From Bacteroidales bacterium UBA3382 (GTDB lineage Bacteria; Bacteroidota; Bacteroidia; Bacteroidales; UBA932), in the NCBI GenBank assembly GCA_002358965.1, contig DEPW01000115.1, forward strand, positions 1 through 42,929: 42,929 nucleotides of DNA. The letters run 5' to 3'. Of the stretch, positions 10,201 through 18,900 are shown in pieces; the first letter of the stretch is position 1, and the number at the start of each line of letters is the position of its first letter. The position numbers and the translations under genes were made by a program. The notes beneath the pieces were generated by a model that was given only the letters and a program-made list of their open reading frames with translations, was not told the origin of the DNA and did no database searches.

Positions 10201-10389
10201 TTGCCTGTCGGCGAAAGCGAACATGTCGGCATGGGATTCGAGCCTGTTTACATAATTTGTCCCGGGATCGGTCCACTCCGTATGTTGAGGATCGAGTCCG
10301 TATTCCGGTGCGACCTTCTCGGTGCAGGAAACCGTCGCAAGGAATGCCGTCCCTATGATGGAAATGCAGGAAAGCAGCGGGGTCTTCAT
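7234..10389 (-). CDS. Beta-galactosidase, GH2 (LacZ-type), probable lipoprotein
   Basis: YLEDQDFWR, KGVNRHE, AVRTCHYP, WSLGNE (acid/base), EYAHAMGNS (nucleophile), GGFIWDFVDQ, Bgal small-chain region GRGPWENYSDR; lipobox TVSC. Confidence 0.93.
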   Translation of the reverse strand: MKTPLLSCISIIGTAFLATVSCTEKVAPEYGLDPQHTEWTDPGTNYVNRLESHADMFAFADRQEAARDKEFSENFLSLHGVWKFHWAENADERVSNFYVQDLDESSWGEIPVPGIWEMNGYGDPVYINVGYAWREKFENDPPHVPVEENHVGSYRKQIRIPSDWKGKQIVAHFGSVTSNITLYVNGQFAGYSEDSKTAAEFDITPYVIPGKKNLIAFQVFRWCDGTYLEDQDFWRMTGVARENYLYARNPLHIEDIRIDAGLENGYRDGVLDITAEYPEGYSIGIEILGPDGSKVRDLTMEGVSRITERFPEVLSWNAEIPNLYEAVFALYDTEGKTVEVIRQHFGFRKIELDGCNVLVNGQPVLFKGVNRHEMNPYGGYLVSKEDMEQDVRRMKEFNINAVRTCHYPDDPYWYYLCDKYGLYVIAEANIESHGMMYTESSVAKDPAYKAAHVSRNVDNVRILKNHPSIIFWSLGNEAGYGENFKAAGETVKAMDSTRLLIYEQDWGFEVADIYSPMYRKPADVIRYCENNPQRPLIQIEYAHAMGNSEGGFKEYWDLIRKYPAYQGGFIWDFVDQSVYYDKNGTTVLAYAGDFNDSDSDWDKNFCNNGLFSPDRNPNPHAYEVRYYHQPIWTTLEDTLGGKISVFNEYFFRDLSAYSLDWELVSNGNIMASGKMPELPVAPQQTAEFVLGYDRDSVRTWLGRENGLLLNISFTLNRDEPFLPEGHRIAYAQYVLKEADMFSPLEDTGTPVSATDKGDSFVFETDKGQIRISSATGLVDSYIFDGIQLLEDGSCIRPNFWRAVTDNDFGAGQQLRFKEWHSPSMTLESLTPDGASVKAAFRFENIPARLELEYSANSAGELGIVQRLVPDDRAASMEGAYRYMFRFGMRADLPESFDRVDYYGRGPWENYSDRKGSAIIGRHSSSVDDMFYPYIRPQECGTRSDLKAWTLVNGTDGISVTISSAEDFSASALPYSQETLDEGPVKQKAQRHPAELVRDGFTSVCFDKVQMGLGCIDSWGAWPLEEYMVPFGKYEFRVKFAPERRNQTPERL

Positions 10390-10407
10390 GGCCGTGGCGT
10401 TTTAGGG

Positions 10408-10833
10408 TTAGATTAACTTTTTGATTATCACTCCTGTGGTCTCGTCTTCGTTCCACAGCCAGAAGACATCGCCCTCTATCTTGCTGACAATCATCGTAAG
10501 CTCTTGCTGGCTGAGTTCTCCGTTGCGATAGCACTTGATGCTTGCTTCCACCGAAGAACCGGTTTTCTTCATGTCTCCTTTTACGACAGCTTCCATATAG
10601 CTGCTCTGGTCATCTGTCATGACTCTGTATTTTCCATCGGATGTGGATGAAAGCTGGAAGCCGGATGCCGAATATTCGAGTATGTAGGCACCGTTTGTTA
10701 CAAGTCCCGGTTGGAGCATTTCGGTGAATTCGCGCTGTTCCGGGGTCATTTCGAGGTCTTTGGTGCAGCTGGCGAGTGATACCGCCATTGTTGCAAGGCA
10801 AACTATTGCCAGGGTCTTTATCGTTTTTGTCAT
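10408..10833 (-). CDS. Hypothetical lipoprotein
   Basis: Lipoprotein signal ending LASC; beta-rich 141-aa ORF filling the gap between two co-oriented genes. Confidence 0.75.
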   Translation of the reverse strand: MTKTIKTLAIVCLATMAVSLASCTKDLEMTPEQREFTEMLQPGLVTNGAYILEYSASGFQLSSTSDGKYRVMTDDQSSYMEAVVKGDMKKTGSSVEASIKCYRNGELSQQELTMIVSKIEGDVFWLWNEDETTGVIIKKLI

Positions 10834-10860
10834 TTTATTCTGTATTATATATATGTTAAA

Positions 10861-13032
10861 CTATTGTTGGTCGGTGTTTTGTGCCGGAGTCACAGTCATC
10901 ATTATGCATTCCTGTATTCCGTTTGCGTATGTTACGATAGCCTTGAGCGTTCGTTGTCCGTCGAAATCCACAGTGAAATTGTCCGGATCCGCGATGGCCT
11001 GGTCGGAGATGTACCACTGTACCGATGCATCGTCGTCGTCGAGATTCAGAAGCATTAACCTTACTGTCGCGCCTTTTACGAAAGCGGCCCTGTCCAGATA
11101 GATGTAAGGGAAGTCGCTCGTGCGGTCGAAAGTGGTGAAGTCCACAGCATATCTGGCGCTTTCGAGTTCGTCCTTGCTATACCAGATGGATACTGTGTAT
11201 TCCGTGCCCGGTTCGAGGTCTTCGAATGTTATTTCATAGCCCTGGACTTCCTGTACCGAAACGGTATCGCCGTCCTTGAACCTGAGTTCGGCCTGTGCAG
11301 TGGCATCGGTGGTCTCCCTGTCGATAGTCCAAGAAATCGTGGCTTCCTGTCCGATGACGGTCGTTTCGTGGCCGGTGATCACTGGCAGTTCGAGCGAAGC
11401 CTTGTCCACAAGCATGAATGTGGCATGGTCGCCGGTAGACTCGATGTTGCGGAGCTGGTATTCGACTTCTTTGCCGCTCCATGTCTTGTAAGCTTCGTGC
11501 GTTTCGGAAGACAGCATGTCCACCTTCAGCCTGCCAGGGAAGAACACATCGGAAACATCCTTAGTGGTGGTGTTGTTGCAGGCTTCGATAAGGTCTGCGC
11601 ACTGGTGGTAAGGATAGGCGTTGACCTCGTTCAGAGGCCATCTTTCGGCAGCCGTCACAGAATAGCCGTAATTGTACGATTCGCCTGCCGGATTGTCGGA
11701 TTTGTCGATATGGTATGCAAGCAGTCCGCTTGTCGGAAGATAGGCGTCCCAGCCTTCCTGTTTGCGGTATTCCACAAGAAAATATTCGTCCTCTGTGTCG
11801 GACTCTATACGGAGGAATTTGTTGCTTTCATTAATAGGTTCGAGCGTCATGTTGCCTGTCTTGAGCTCTACCGGGGTGGCGATGCCGAGCATCTCCCTCT
11901 CGAATGCATTGTAGTTCGGCGGCGTGTTGCTGTCGTTGTTGTAACTTCCGCTGTCCATGATGGAAGTCACTCCCCAGAGCGTTTCGGATATAGGGTATCC
12001 GTCGTAGTTGTAGTTGGTGTCGTAGGCATCCATGAGTCCCATGATATGGCTGAATTCGTGGCAGAATGTGCCTATCGACGCGAATGAATTGCCTCCCCAT
12101 CCGGTCTTGAGTTCCGAGGAGCATGCGTAACTCGAAATGCGAACGCCGTCCAGATAAAGGTAAGGATCGTAATAATCTATCGCCCAAGCGTGGGACCAGA
12201 TGCAGTCTTCAATGTATGTCTGAGCCTCGTCTTCGCCGGCGAAAAACATGAATACGAAATCGCACACTCTGTCGCCGTCGACATCATACTGGCTGAAATC
12301 TATCTGTCCGTCAAGCGCTTTGCAGGCCTCGGCCACGAGTTCGTCAGGATGCTTGTCGTTGCCGCTCCAGTCGTTTCCTCCGTAATACTCCCGGTTCTTA
12401 GGTGCGGTGAATATTCCGTAGACATCGAAATGGAAATCCGCGAGGTCTACGTATTGTGCCTTGAAGTAGTCTCTTGCCGAGCCCGTGGCCCCGTTGTACG
12501 AATAGCCTTCTTCGTTAAGCAGGGCGTCGAACTTTTCCAGATTTCCCTGGGTGAACCTTACATCCTGGAATTCGACAAGTATTACGGCGGCTCTGATCAC
12601 TTTTGAATCCGTCCCGGCCAGAGGAGTGGAATTCCTTGTCATCATGTTCTGCATTCTGATGTCCGTGTACTGTCTGCGGCGTTCTTTTGCGCGGTCGGTG
12701 AGTTCCGCATAAGGGATGTCTTTCGAAGCGGATATCACATCGGCAGGCACATCATCGCCATTGACGATGTAGTCTGTCACGGTGCGCTTGCCGTCTTCGT
12801 AAGTCACATATCTCACATAGCCGTCGCTGCACAGGCTTACGGCTGATCCGTCTGCGGTAGTGGTGACTTTGAAATACTCGTCGCCTTTGAACAGCAAGGT
12901 CACGCTGCTTCCGTCAGGTTGTGTGATTGTCAGTCTGTTGTGTTTTGCCGGGATGGCATGGCATACGATAGGACCTGCCATGAAGAAAGCCATGATTCCC
13001 GCAAGAAGGAGGGTTCTTAAATGTTTCGACAT
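10861..13032 (-). CDS. M6-family (immune inhibitor A-like) metalloprotease with C-terminal FN3/Ig-like domains
   Basis: Signal peptide, prodomain QPDGS, ILVEFQD, GSARDYF, IWSH, zinc motif HEFSHIMGLMD, EYFLVEYRKQEGWD, FN3 signature LEPGTEYTVSI. Confidence 0.88.
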   Translation of the reverse strand: MSKHLRTLLLAGIMAFFMAGPIVCHAIPAKHNRLTITQPDGSSVTLLFKGDEYFKVTTTADGSAVSLCSDGYVRYVTYEDGKRTVTDYIVNGDDVPADVISASKDIPYAELTDRAKERRRQYTDIRMQNMMTRNSTPLAGTDSKVIRAAVILVEFQDVRFTQGNLEKFDALLNEEGYSYNGATGSARDYFKAQYVDLADFHFDVYGIFTAPKNREYYGGNDWSGNDKHPDELVAEACKALDGQIDFSQYDVDGDRVCDFVFMFFAGEDEAQTYIEDCIWSHAWAIDYYDPYLYLDGVRISSYACSSELKTGWGGNSFASIGTFCHEFSHIMGLMDAYDTNYNYDGYPISETLWGVTSIMDSGSYNNDSNTPPNYNAFEREMLGIATPVELKTGNMTLEPINESNKFLRIESDTEDEYFLVEYRKQEGWDAYLPTSGLLAYHIDKSDNPAGESYNYGYSVTAAERWPLNEVNAYPYHQCADLIEACNNTTTKDVSDVFFPGRLKVDMLSSETHEAYKTWSGKEVEYQLRNIESTGDHATFMLVDKASLELPVITGHETTVIGQEATISWTIDRETTDATAQAELRFKDGDTVSVQEVQGYEITFEDLEPGTEYTVSIWYSKDELESARYAVDFTTFDRTSDFPYIYLDRAAFVKGATVRLMLLNLDDDDASVQWYISDQAIADPDNFTVDFDGQRTLKAIVTYANGIQECIMMTVTPAQNTDQQ

Positions 13033-13079
13033 TTCAGGTGAAAGTTTGGTTGTACTAAATGTGTATTTTCTACGGTCAG

Positions 13080-13087
13080 CAAATATA
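13080..13087 (-). promoter_or_regulatory. sigmaA -7 box for the M6 protease gene
   Basis: TATATTTG on minus strand, 47 nt upstream of the ATG. Confidence 0.6.
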
Positions 13088-13139
13088 TGAAATATTTTGA
13101 GAGTTACGCAAGCGGGCTTTCAAATTTCGAATCGGGCCA

Positions 13140-13172
13140 TAAAAAACGCGGGGCCACATCCCGGCCCCGCGT
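13140..13172 (-). terminator. Intrinsic terminator after the TPR lipoprotein gene
   Basis: 10-bp stem ACGCGGGGCC/GGCCCCGCGT with 7-nt loop, followed by a T-run on the minus strand. Confidence 0.85.
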
Positions 13173-13210
13173 CCTTGTAATCGTGTATATGCCCACAAAT
13201 GGGAAGATTC

Positions 13211-14854
13211 CTATCTGTACTGTGCGAACTCGATGTCCTTTGCAGCCCTTGCGGCAAGAGCCTCGTTGCTCTCGACTTTTGCAAGGTTGGCTTTCACAGC
13301 CTCTGCATCACCCTTGCGAGCGGCGATGATAGCTTTGAGGTATGCCGAATAAGCGCATTCGCAGTCTATTGCCTTCGATGCATCGTCGAGCCTGTCGTTG
13401 AGGATGTATGCGATCTTCAGGTTGTGGTTGTCGGTGCCTTCGAGTTTTGCAAGCGCTGCTGCATAGTCGCCGGAGTAGATGTCGATGATGGCAAGGTTCT
13501 CCGTTGAAGTCTGGTTGCCGGCAGCCTTGAAGTACTCGGCAGCTTCCTGGCAATTGCCGTCAGCAAGCGCGAGGGCGCCCTTGAAGTTCTTGACATATTC
13601 GCAATCCTGGCCCTCGACCTTTGCAAGCTCGCTTGCAGCGGCATCCATGTCGCCCTGGTAGTACCTTACGACTGCAAGGTTGTACTGAGCGCGCTGGCTG
13701 TCATATTTCTCGATGGCCTGTTCGTAGATAGTGGCCTTGTCGGCAAGCTCTTCGGTGATCGAGGCTGCACGCAGGAGGGCTTCTTCGTCGAGGATGTCGA
13801 TATTGTCGTTGATGAGAGCCTTGAGCTCGTCATTGCTGTAGTTGGTGTATTCGATGTTGGCAATGAATCTTGCACGGCGCAGCTGCGGAAGGATGTCGTC
13901 TGCGAGTGTCTCGTAAACGGATGACATGTTCTTGATTTCACGCTCGCGTACGGCAGGGTCGCTGTACATCGAAAGGACGCGGAGGATAAGATCCTTGTCT
14001 TCTATGTTGGAAGCCGAAACGAGTTCCTGGAAACCTTCCCAGTCTTCGGAGATGTCGGTTACATTGACAGGAGCGTCGATAGGGTTCTTCTTGGTGATCT
14101 TTTCATATGCCTTTTCTGCGCTTTGGCCACGCTTTACGGCCAGTTCGCTGTTGAAGTCCTCAGGTCCGTCAGGTGAAGCGTATGCTACGATGTCGGTCCC
14201 GGTGATTTCCCTGCGTTCATCGGCTTTGATAGCTTCGATAGCTGCGTTCCAGTCTTTTATCTCCTGTTTTTTGAGCTCCGAATTGCGTACATTGGAGTTG
14301 TTGATGGTGTACAGGATCTGGGTTTCTTCGGTCTCTTCGATGATTTCCCTGTAAGCGTCTTTCATGTAGTCGACGACAGCGAGCTTGCTTGCAAGCATGT
14401 AGGTGGTGTTGGCTCCGTCAGCGACTTTGATGACAGGTGTTTCGTAAGTCTTCTTCTTGAACTTTACGACACCCCTCAGTTCGAGGTGGCTCTGCTCCAT
14501 TCCCGGAACATATTCGAACGAAACCTTCTCTCTGATAGTAGCGCCGTCTTTAGGAACGACTTTCCAGTTGTCTTTTACTTTCTCACCCTGGTAAGTGAAC
14601 GGCTCCATTGCCGCTTCGCCTCCTTCATAGACCAGGACAGGGGTCACTTCGAGGATGGCTTTAGGATTGAAATAATCTGCCGGGCAGACTACGGTTATTT
14701 CTGCATTGATTTCTCCGCCTACGACCTCAAGCACCTGAGGCTCGCAGGTAACAACAACATTTGCAGCCTCTTCCGCCATTTTCTTCGGCGAGCTGCAGGC
14801 AAGGACAGATGCTCCGGCGAGAGCAATTGCCAACATTTTAAAAACTTTGTTCAT
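13211..14854 (-). CDS. Lipoprotein with OmpA-like domain and C-terminal TPR repeats
   Basis: Lipobox VLAC after MNKVFK (start 14854), YASPDG...N..LA..R and EDWEGF (OmpA_C-like), TPR-like AQYNLAVVRYYQGD. Confidence 0.78.
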   Translation of the reverse strand: MNKVFKMLAIALAGASVLACSSPKKMAEEAANVVVTCEPQVLEVVGGEINAEITVVCPADYFNPKAILEVTPVLVYEGGEAAMEPFTYQGEKVKDNWKVVPKDGATIREKVSFEYVPGMEQSHLELRGVVKFKKKTYETPVIKVADGANTTYMLASKLAVVDYMKDAYREIIEETEETQILYTINNSNVRNSELKKQEIKDWNAAIEAIKADERREITGTDIVAYASPDGPEDFNSELAVKRGQSAEKAYEKITKKNPIDAPVNVTDISEDWEGFQELVSASNIEDKDLILRVLSMYSDPAVREREIKNMSSVYETLADDILPQLRRARFIANIEYTNYSNDELKALINDNIDILDEEALLRAASITEELADKATIYEQAIEKYDSQRAQYNLAVVRYYQGDMDAAASELAKVEGQDCEYVKNFKGALALADGNCQEAAEYFKAAGNQTSTENLAIIDIYSGDYAAALAKLEGTDNHNLKIAYILNDRLDDASKAIDCECAYSAYLKAIIAARKGDAEAVKANLAKVESNEALAARAAKDIEFAQYR

Positions 14855-14933
14855 AATAAAATTGTTATGGTTTAAAATAATTTCCATTGTCATTTTGCAT
14901 AGTGCGTGTCGCAAAACTACAAAAATCAAGCTA

Positions 14934-14989
14934 CAAATATATAAAAATTTCAATTGCTTCCGATTTTCTAAAAGCTTTTTTTAACTTTG
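14934..14989. promoter_or_regulatory. Divergent sigmaA -7 boxes (TPR lipoprotein / sigma54-type regulator operon)
   Basis: TATATTTG on minus (14934-14941) and TAACTTTG on plus (14982-14989). Confidence 0.65.
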
Positions 14990-14993
14990 CGCT

Positions 14994-16250
14994 ATGTTGA
15001 GCCAAGAAGAACTACAGAGGATCAAGAGCGGCTTTGACATCGTGGGCAACGATCCCGCTCTGAATTATGCCGTGGAACTCGCATATAAGGCGGCTTCTAC
15101 GGATCTGACCGTACTCGTCACCGGGGAAAGCGGTGTCGGCAAGGAGGCGATACCGAAAATCGTGCATCAGTACAGTGCGCGCAAGCACGCAAAATATTTT
15201 GCCGTCAACTGCGGCGGCATTCCCGAAGGAACCATGGATTCCGAACTGTTCGGACACGAAAAAGGGGCCTTTACCGGGGCCAACGAAAGGAGGAAAGGAT
15301 ATTTCGAAGAGGCCGACGGGGGGACGCTTTTCCTTGACGAAGTGGCCGAGCTTCCCTTGCCTTCGCAGGCAAAGCTCCTGAGGGTGTTGCAGTCTGGGGA
15401 ATTCATCCGTGTAGGCTCTTCACAGGTGCTGAAAAGCGATGTCAGGGTGATAGCGGCTACGAATGTGCATCTCGAACAGGCCGTATCGTCGGGCAAGTTC
15501 AGGGCGGATCTGTATTACCGCCTGAATGCGATACCTATATATATACCGGCATTAAGGGAACGGAAAGGGGACATAGAGCTGCTTTTCAGGAAATTCCTTG
15601 CGGATTTTTCGGAAAGATACATGACATCGCGCATACGCCTGTCCCCTCAGGCCAAGAAGATGCTTGCCGAATACCGGTGGCCGGGGAATATCCGGCAGTT
15701 GAAAAATGTCGCCGAGCAGTTGGCGGCTTTCGAGTCGGTGTCTGATCCCAGGCAAAGCGTGGACATATCGGCCGAGGTGATGGAACGGTATATTCCGAAA
15801 GACAAGGGTGTCATGCTTCCGGTGAAGTCCGCAGAAAGCCAGGATGCCCAGTCGTCAGCGGATACCGAAATGATCTTCAGGATATTGTATCAGTTGAAGT
15901 CGGATGTGGACACTTTGAAGGCAGCCGTGTTCGGAGATGCCTCGGGAGACATCAGGAACCAGCCTGCAAGGCATCTGCCCGCGCCCCATAACGATTCGCC
16001 CGTAATCACTCCGGCTCCCGTAACGGTCGAACCTTCATCCGGCCATCAGGAATACTATGTCAACGATTATGATCTCGCAGAGGAGCATACGGTAGTGGAC
16101 AGGCCTCTGTCGATACAGGAGGTCAGCGAGGAACTTATCAAGGCGGCCTTGAAAAGGAACGGGGGGAAACGCAGTGCGGCGGCCAGCGAGCTTGGCATAT
16201 CCGAAAGGACTTTGTACAGGAAAATAAAGGAATACAACATAAAAATGTAG
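14994..16250 (+). CDS. Sigma54-interacting AAA+ transcriptional regulator with Fis-type HTH and no N-terminal sensor domain
   Basis: GESGVGKE, ELFGHEKGAFTGA, LFLDEV, FRADLYYRL, WPGNIRQL, AASELGISERTLYRK. Confidence 0.92.
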   Translation: MLSQEELQRIKSGFDIVGNDPALNYAVELAYKAASTDLTVLVTGESGVGKEAIPKIVHQYSARKHAKYFAVNCGGIPEGTMDSELFGHEKGAFTGANERRKGYFEEADGGTLFLDEVAELPLPSQAKLLRVLQSGEFIRVGSSQVLKSDVRVIAATNVHLEQAVSSGKFRADLYYRLNAIPIYIPALRERKGDIELLFRKFLADFSERYMTSRIRLSPQAKKMLAEYRWPGNIRQLKNVAEQLAAFESVSDPRQSVDISAEVMERYIPKDKGVMLPVKSAESQDAQSSADTEMIFRILYQLKSDVDTLKAAVFGDASGDIRNQPARHLPAPHNDSPVITPAPVTVEPSSGHQEYYVNDYDLAEEHTVVDRPLSIQEVSEELIKAALKRNGGKRSAAASELGISERTLYRKIKEYNIKM

Positions 16251-16257
16251 ACGAGAT

Positions 16258-16785
16258 ATGTTAAAGAACAGGATTTTAAGATATATTGTACGCTTTTCCG
16301 CGGCTCTGGCGGCGTTGCCGTGTCTGTCTTCATGCGGAATATATTCGTTTTCTGGTACCTCGATTCAGCCGGACGTCCATTCGATAACCGTGAATTTCAT
16401 AGAAAACAGGGCGCTGCTCGTGAATCCGGAACTGAGCAACCTTCTGACCGAAGAGCTTATCGACAAGTACCGCAAGCTCACTTCGCTGGAACTCCTTGAT
16501 GAAGGAGGCGATCTTGAAGTCGGAGGCGAAATAGTCGGTTACGATGTGCGTCCTACGACTGTGACCGCCGATGAGGTCGCTGCACAGAACAGACTGACCA
16601 TTACCGTGAAGATGTATTATGTCAACAACAAGCATCCTGAGGAAAATTTCGAGCAGAAGTCCTTTACCGCTTATGAAGACTATGATTCGACACAGTCTTT
16701 GGATGCAGTCCAGAGCACTCTTTGCCAGAACATAGTCGAATTGATAGTCGAAGACATTTTCAATGCGACCGTAGCCAACTGGTAG
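16258..16785 (+). CDS. lptE: LptE-family lipoprotein
   Basis: Lipobox LSSC-GIYSFSG, NRLTITV, C-terminal IFNATVANW, and the usual Bacteroidetes synteny. Confidence 0.8.
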   Translation: MLKNRILRYIVRFSAALAALPCLSSCGIYSFSGTSIQPDVHSITVNFIENRALLVNPELSNLLTEELIDKYRKLTSLELLDEGGDLEVGGEIVGYDVRPTTVTADEVAAQNRLTITVKMYYVNNKHPEENFEQKSFTAYEDYDSTQSLDAVQSTLCQNIVELIVEDIFNATVANW

Positions 16786-16805
16786 CGGATAAAATCATCT
16801 CTGAT

Positions 16806-17432
16806 ATGGAATCGTTGTCCCGAATGTCTTTGCCGCAGCTAAGGGAGCTCCTGTCGAGAGCGCCTTGGTTCGCCGCCGCCCATGTCGAACTGATAAGGAG
16901 GGTCTCCCCGATAGATTCCGGGGCCGGTTCCGATATGGAGAAAGCCGCCCTTAATGTGTGGTCCCGGACGCAGTTGTATGACATAGTCAGGGAAAACAGG
17001 GGCAAAGAGGACTTTACCGACGCGGACATTACGGAAGCAATCCGTGCGGAACTCGCAAGGGCCGACGAGCCTGCGGAGGAAAAGACAGTTTCCGAAAACA
17101 CGGCTGGCGGAAAGGAAACCGACGGCAGGCGCGTCGTGGTAGTAGGAGGGGATTATTTCACAAGGGAAGACCTCGATTCGCTTCGTCCGGAAGACAGGAT
17201 ATTTTCCCTGCTGGGAAGGTCGGGCCCTGATGCGGAAACGGACACTGCTGCCGAGCAGGGCATAGCGGACAGACCTTTCGATGACGAGCGGTTCTACACC
17301 GAGACTTTGGCCGCAATTTATGCCGAACAGGGCTATTTTGATAAGGCAAAGGAAGTTTATGGCAAACTAATTTTGTTATATCCGGAAAAAAGTGCTTACT
17401 TTGCATCCCTTATTGAAAAAATGAAACAATAA
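16806..17432 (+). CDS. Conserved hypothetical protein with C-terminal TPR
   Basis: TETLAAIYAEQGYFDKAKEVYGKLILLYPEKSAYFA C-terminus, typical of the gene preceding secG. Confidence 0.78.
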   Translation: MESLSRMSLPQLRELLSRAPWFAAAHVELIRRVSPIDSGAGSDMEKAALNVWSRTQLYDIVRENRGKEDFTDADITEAIRAELARADEPAEEKTVSENTAGGKETDGRRVVVVGGDYFTREDLDSLRPEDRIFSLLGRSGPDAETDTAAEQGIADRPFDDERFYTETLAAIYAEQGYFDKAKEVYGKLILLYPEKSAYFASLIEKMKQ

Positions 17433-17445
17433 AAATCAAAATATT

Positions 17446-17817
17446 ATGTACATAGCTTTATCGATTATAATTGTTATCGCCTGCGTTCTTCTTACGCTCG
17501 TGGTGCTTGCACAGAACAGTAAAGGCGGCGGACTTGCAGCCAATTTCGGGGCCGGCAACCAGACTTTCGGTGTCCGTCAGACAGCCGATTTGTTGGAAAA
17601 GCTTACCTGGATACTTGCTGGTGTCATCCTGCTTCTGTCGGTCGTATGCTCTTTCTTCACTACTGAAAGGAGCACCACTACCGTCGATATCACCAAGCAG
17701 ATAGAGTCTGCTACTACGGACACCCCTGTCTTTCCGTCGAATACCTTCGACGCAGGCACGGCAGCTCCGGCAACCAGCGCACCCGCAACGGACGCGGCTG
17801 ATACTACGGCAAATTAA
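17446..17817 (+). CDS. secG: Preprotein translocase subunit SecG
   Basis: TM1-VLAQNSKGGGL-FG...LLEKLTW-TM2. Confidence 0.93.
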   Translation: MYIALSIIIVIACVLLTLVVLAQNSKGGGLAANFGAGNQTFGVRQTADLLEKLTWILAGVILLLSVVCSFFTTERSTTTVDITKQIESATTDTPVFPSNTFDAGTAAPATSAPATDAADTTAN

Positions 17818-17845
17818 GTGACCGCGGTTTAGTCAGTATAGAAGG

Positions 17846-17876
17846 CGGCTGAAAAACGATTTTCAGCCGTTTTTTT
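17846..17876 (+). terminator. Intrinsic terminator after secG
   Basis: Stem CGGCTGAAAA/TTTTCAGCCG, 4-nt loop, then T7. Confidence 0.88.
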
Positions 17877-17887
17877 AAAAATTTTAG

Positions 17888-17928
17888 TACTTTGCGATAC
17901 AAGGTATTTGAAAAAATGTATATATTTG
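17888..17928 (+). promoter_or_regulatory. pspC-padR promoter with imperfect palindrome (candidate PadR operator)
   Basis: TACTTTG-cgata-CAAGGTA (17888-17906, one mismatch) upstream of the -7 box TATATTTG (17921-17928). Confidence 0.6.
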
Positions 17929-17948
17929 CATCACCAAATATTTTTAAT

Positions 17949-18530
17949 ATGAAAAAGACATTGAACATCGGTATCGGTAAGCGTAATTTCGTAATGGACG
18001 AGGATGCTTATCACAGGCTGAACGGGTATCTTGGCGCGTTCAGGAAAGAGTTGGGAGGGGCTTACGGTTCGGACGAGGTCATGGACGACCTTGAGATGCG
18101 GATTGCGGACATATTTTCGGAGCGTCTGTCCAGTACGGGCAATGTAGTCGACATCAATCTGGTAAACGAGGTCATTTCACAGCTCGGCATGCCCAACGGG
18201 CCTTATAGCGGACAGAACGACGGTTTCGAGGAAAGCGGACGCTGGGAATACCGTCAGGGAAAGCCGAAAAGGAGGCTGTACAGGAATCCTGACGACAAGA
18301 TACTTTTCGGAGTCTGCGGAGGTCTGGGAGCGTACCTTGATATAGATTCGGCAATCATCAGGCTGATATTCGTAGTTCTTCTGGTGCTTGGTTCGGCAGG
18401 GTTCTGGATTTATCTGGTGCTGCTTATCATAGCGCCTGTGGCAAGGACTCCTGCGGAGAAATGCGAAATGATGGGTATCGAACCTACGGCGGAGAATATG
18501 AACCGCTTCAGAAACGGCGGATGTAATTGA
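17949..18530 (+). CDS. PspC domain-containing membrane protein (short)
   Basis: RRLYRNPDDKILFGVCGGLGAYL...IRLIF PspC domain preceded by the Bacteroidetes-type DEDAY..L..YL...E.RIA domain. Confidence 0.87.
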   Translation: MKKTLNIGIGKRNFVMDEDAYHRLNGYLGAFRKELGGAYGSDEVMDDLEMRIADIFSERLSSTGNVVDINLVNEVISQLGMPNGPYSGQNDGFEESGRWEYRQGKPKRRLYRNPDDKILFGVCGGLGAYLDIDSAIIRLIFVVLLVLGSAGFWIYLVLLIIAPVARTPAEKCEMMGIEPTAENMNRFRNGGCN

Positions 18531-18546
18531 TTAAAAAGGATTGTGT

Positions 18547-18882
18547 ATGGCAGCAAATAGCGAAAATAGCAAAGTGCAGATGAGGCGGGGCGTCCTTGAG
18601 TATTGCATATTGCTGATACTTAGCAAGGGAGACGAATATGCCTCTTCAATCATAAGTGAGTTGAAAAATGCAGACATGATAGTGGTCGAAGGTACTCTTT
18701 ATCCTTTGCTCATCAGGCAGAAAAACCTTGGACTGCTTTCCTATCGCTGGGAAGAATCCCCCCAAGGCCCTCCGAGGAAATATTACAGTATTACCGACAA
18801 GGGCCGCGAGTATCTTGCCGAACTCGATTCGGCGTGGAACGGGATAGTTTCCTCGATCGATTCGATCAAAAGAAGGGATTAA
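18547..18882 (+). CDS. PadR-family transcriptional regulator
   Basis: QMRRGVLEYCIL, EGTLYPLL, GPPRKYYSIT..G. Confidence 0.92.
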   Translation: MAANSENSKVQMRRGVLEYCILLILSKGDEYASSIISELKNADMIVVEGTLYPLLIRQKNLGLLSYRWEESPQGPPRKYYSITDKGREYLAELDSAWNGIVSSIDSIKRRD

Positions 18883-18900
18883 CAGTAATTTCGGAATGTC

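Noticed and set aside
14994..17817. Sensor-less sigma54 activator with lptE, TPR gene and secG as a novel system
   Set aside because: This synteny is a familiar conserved Bacteroidetes arrangement.
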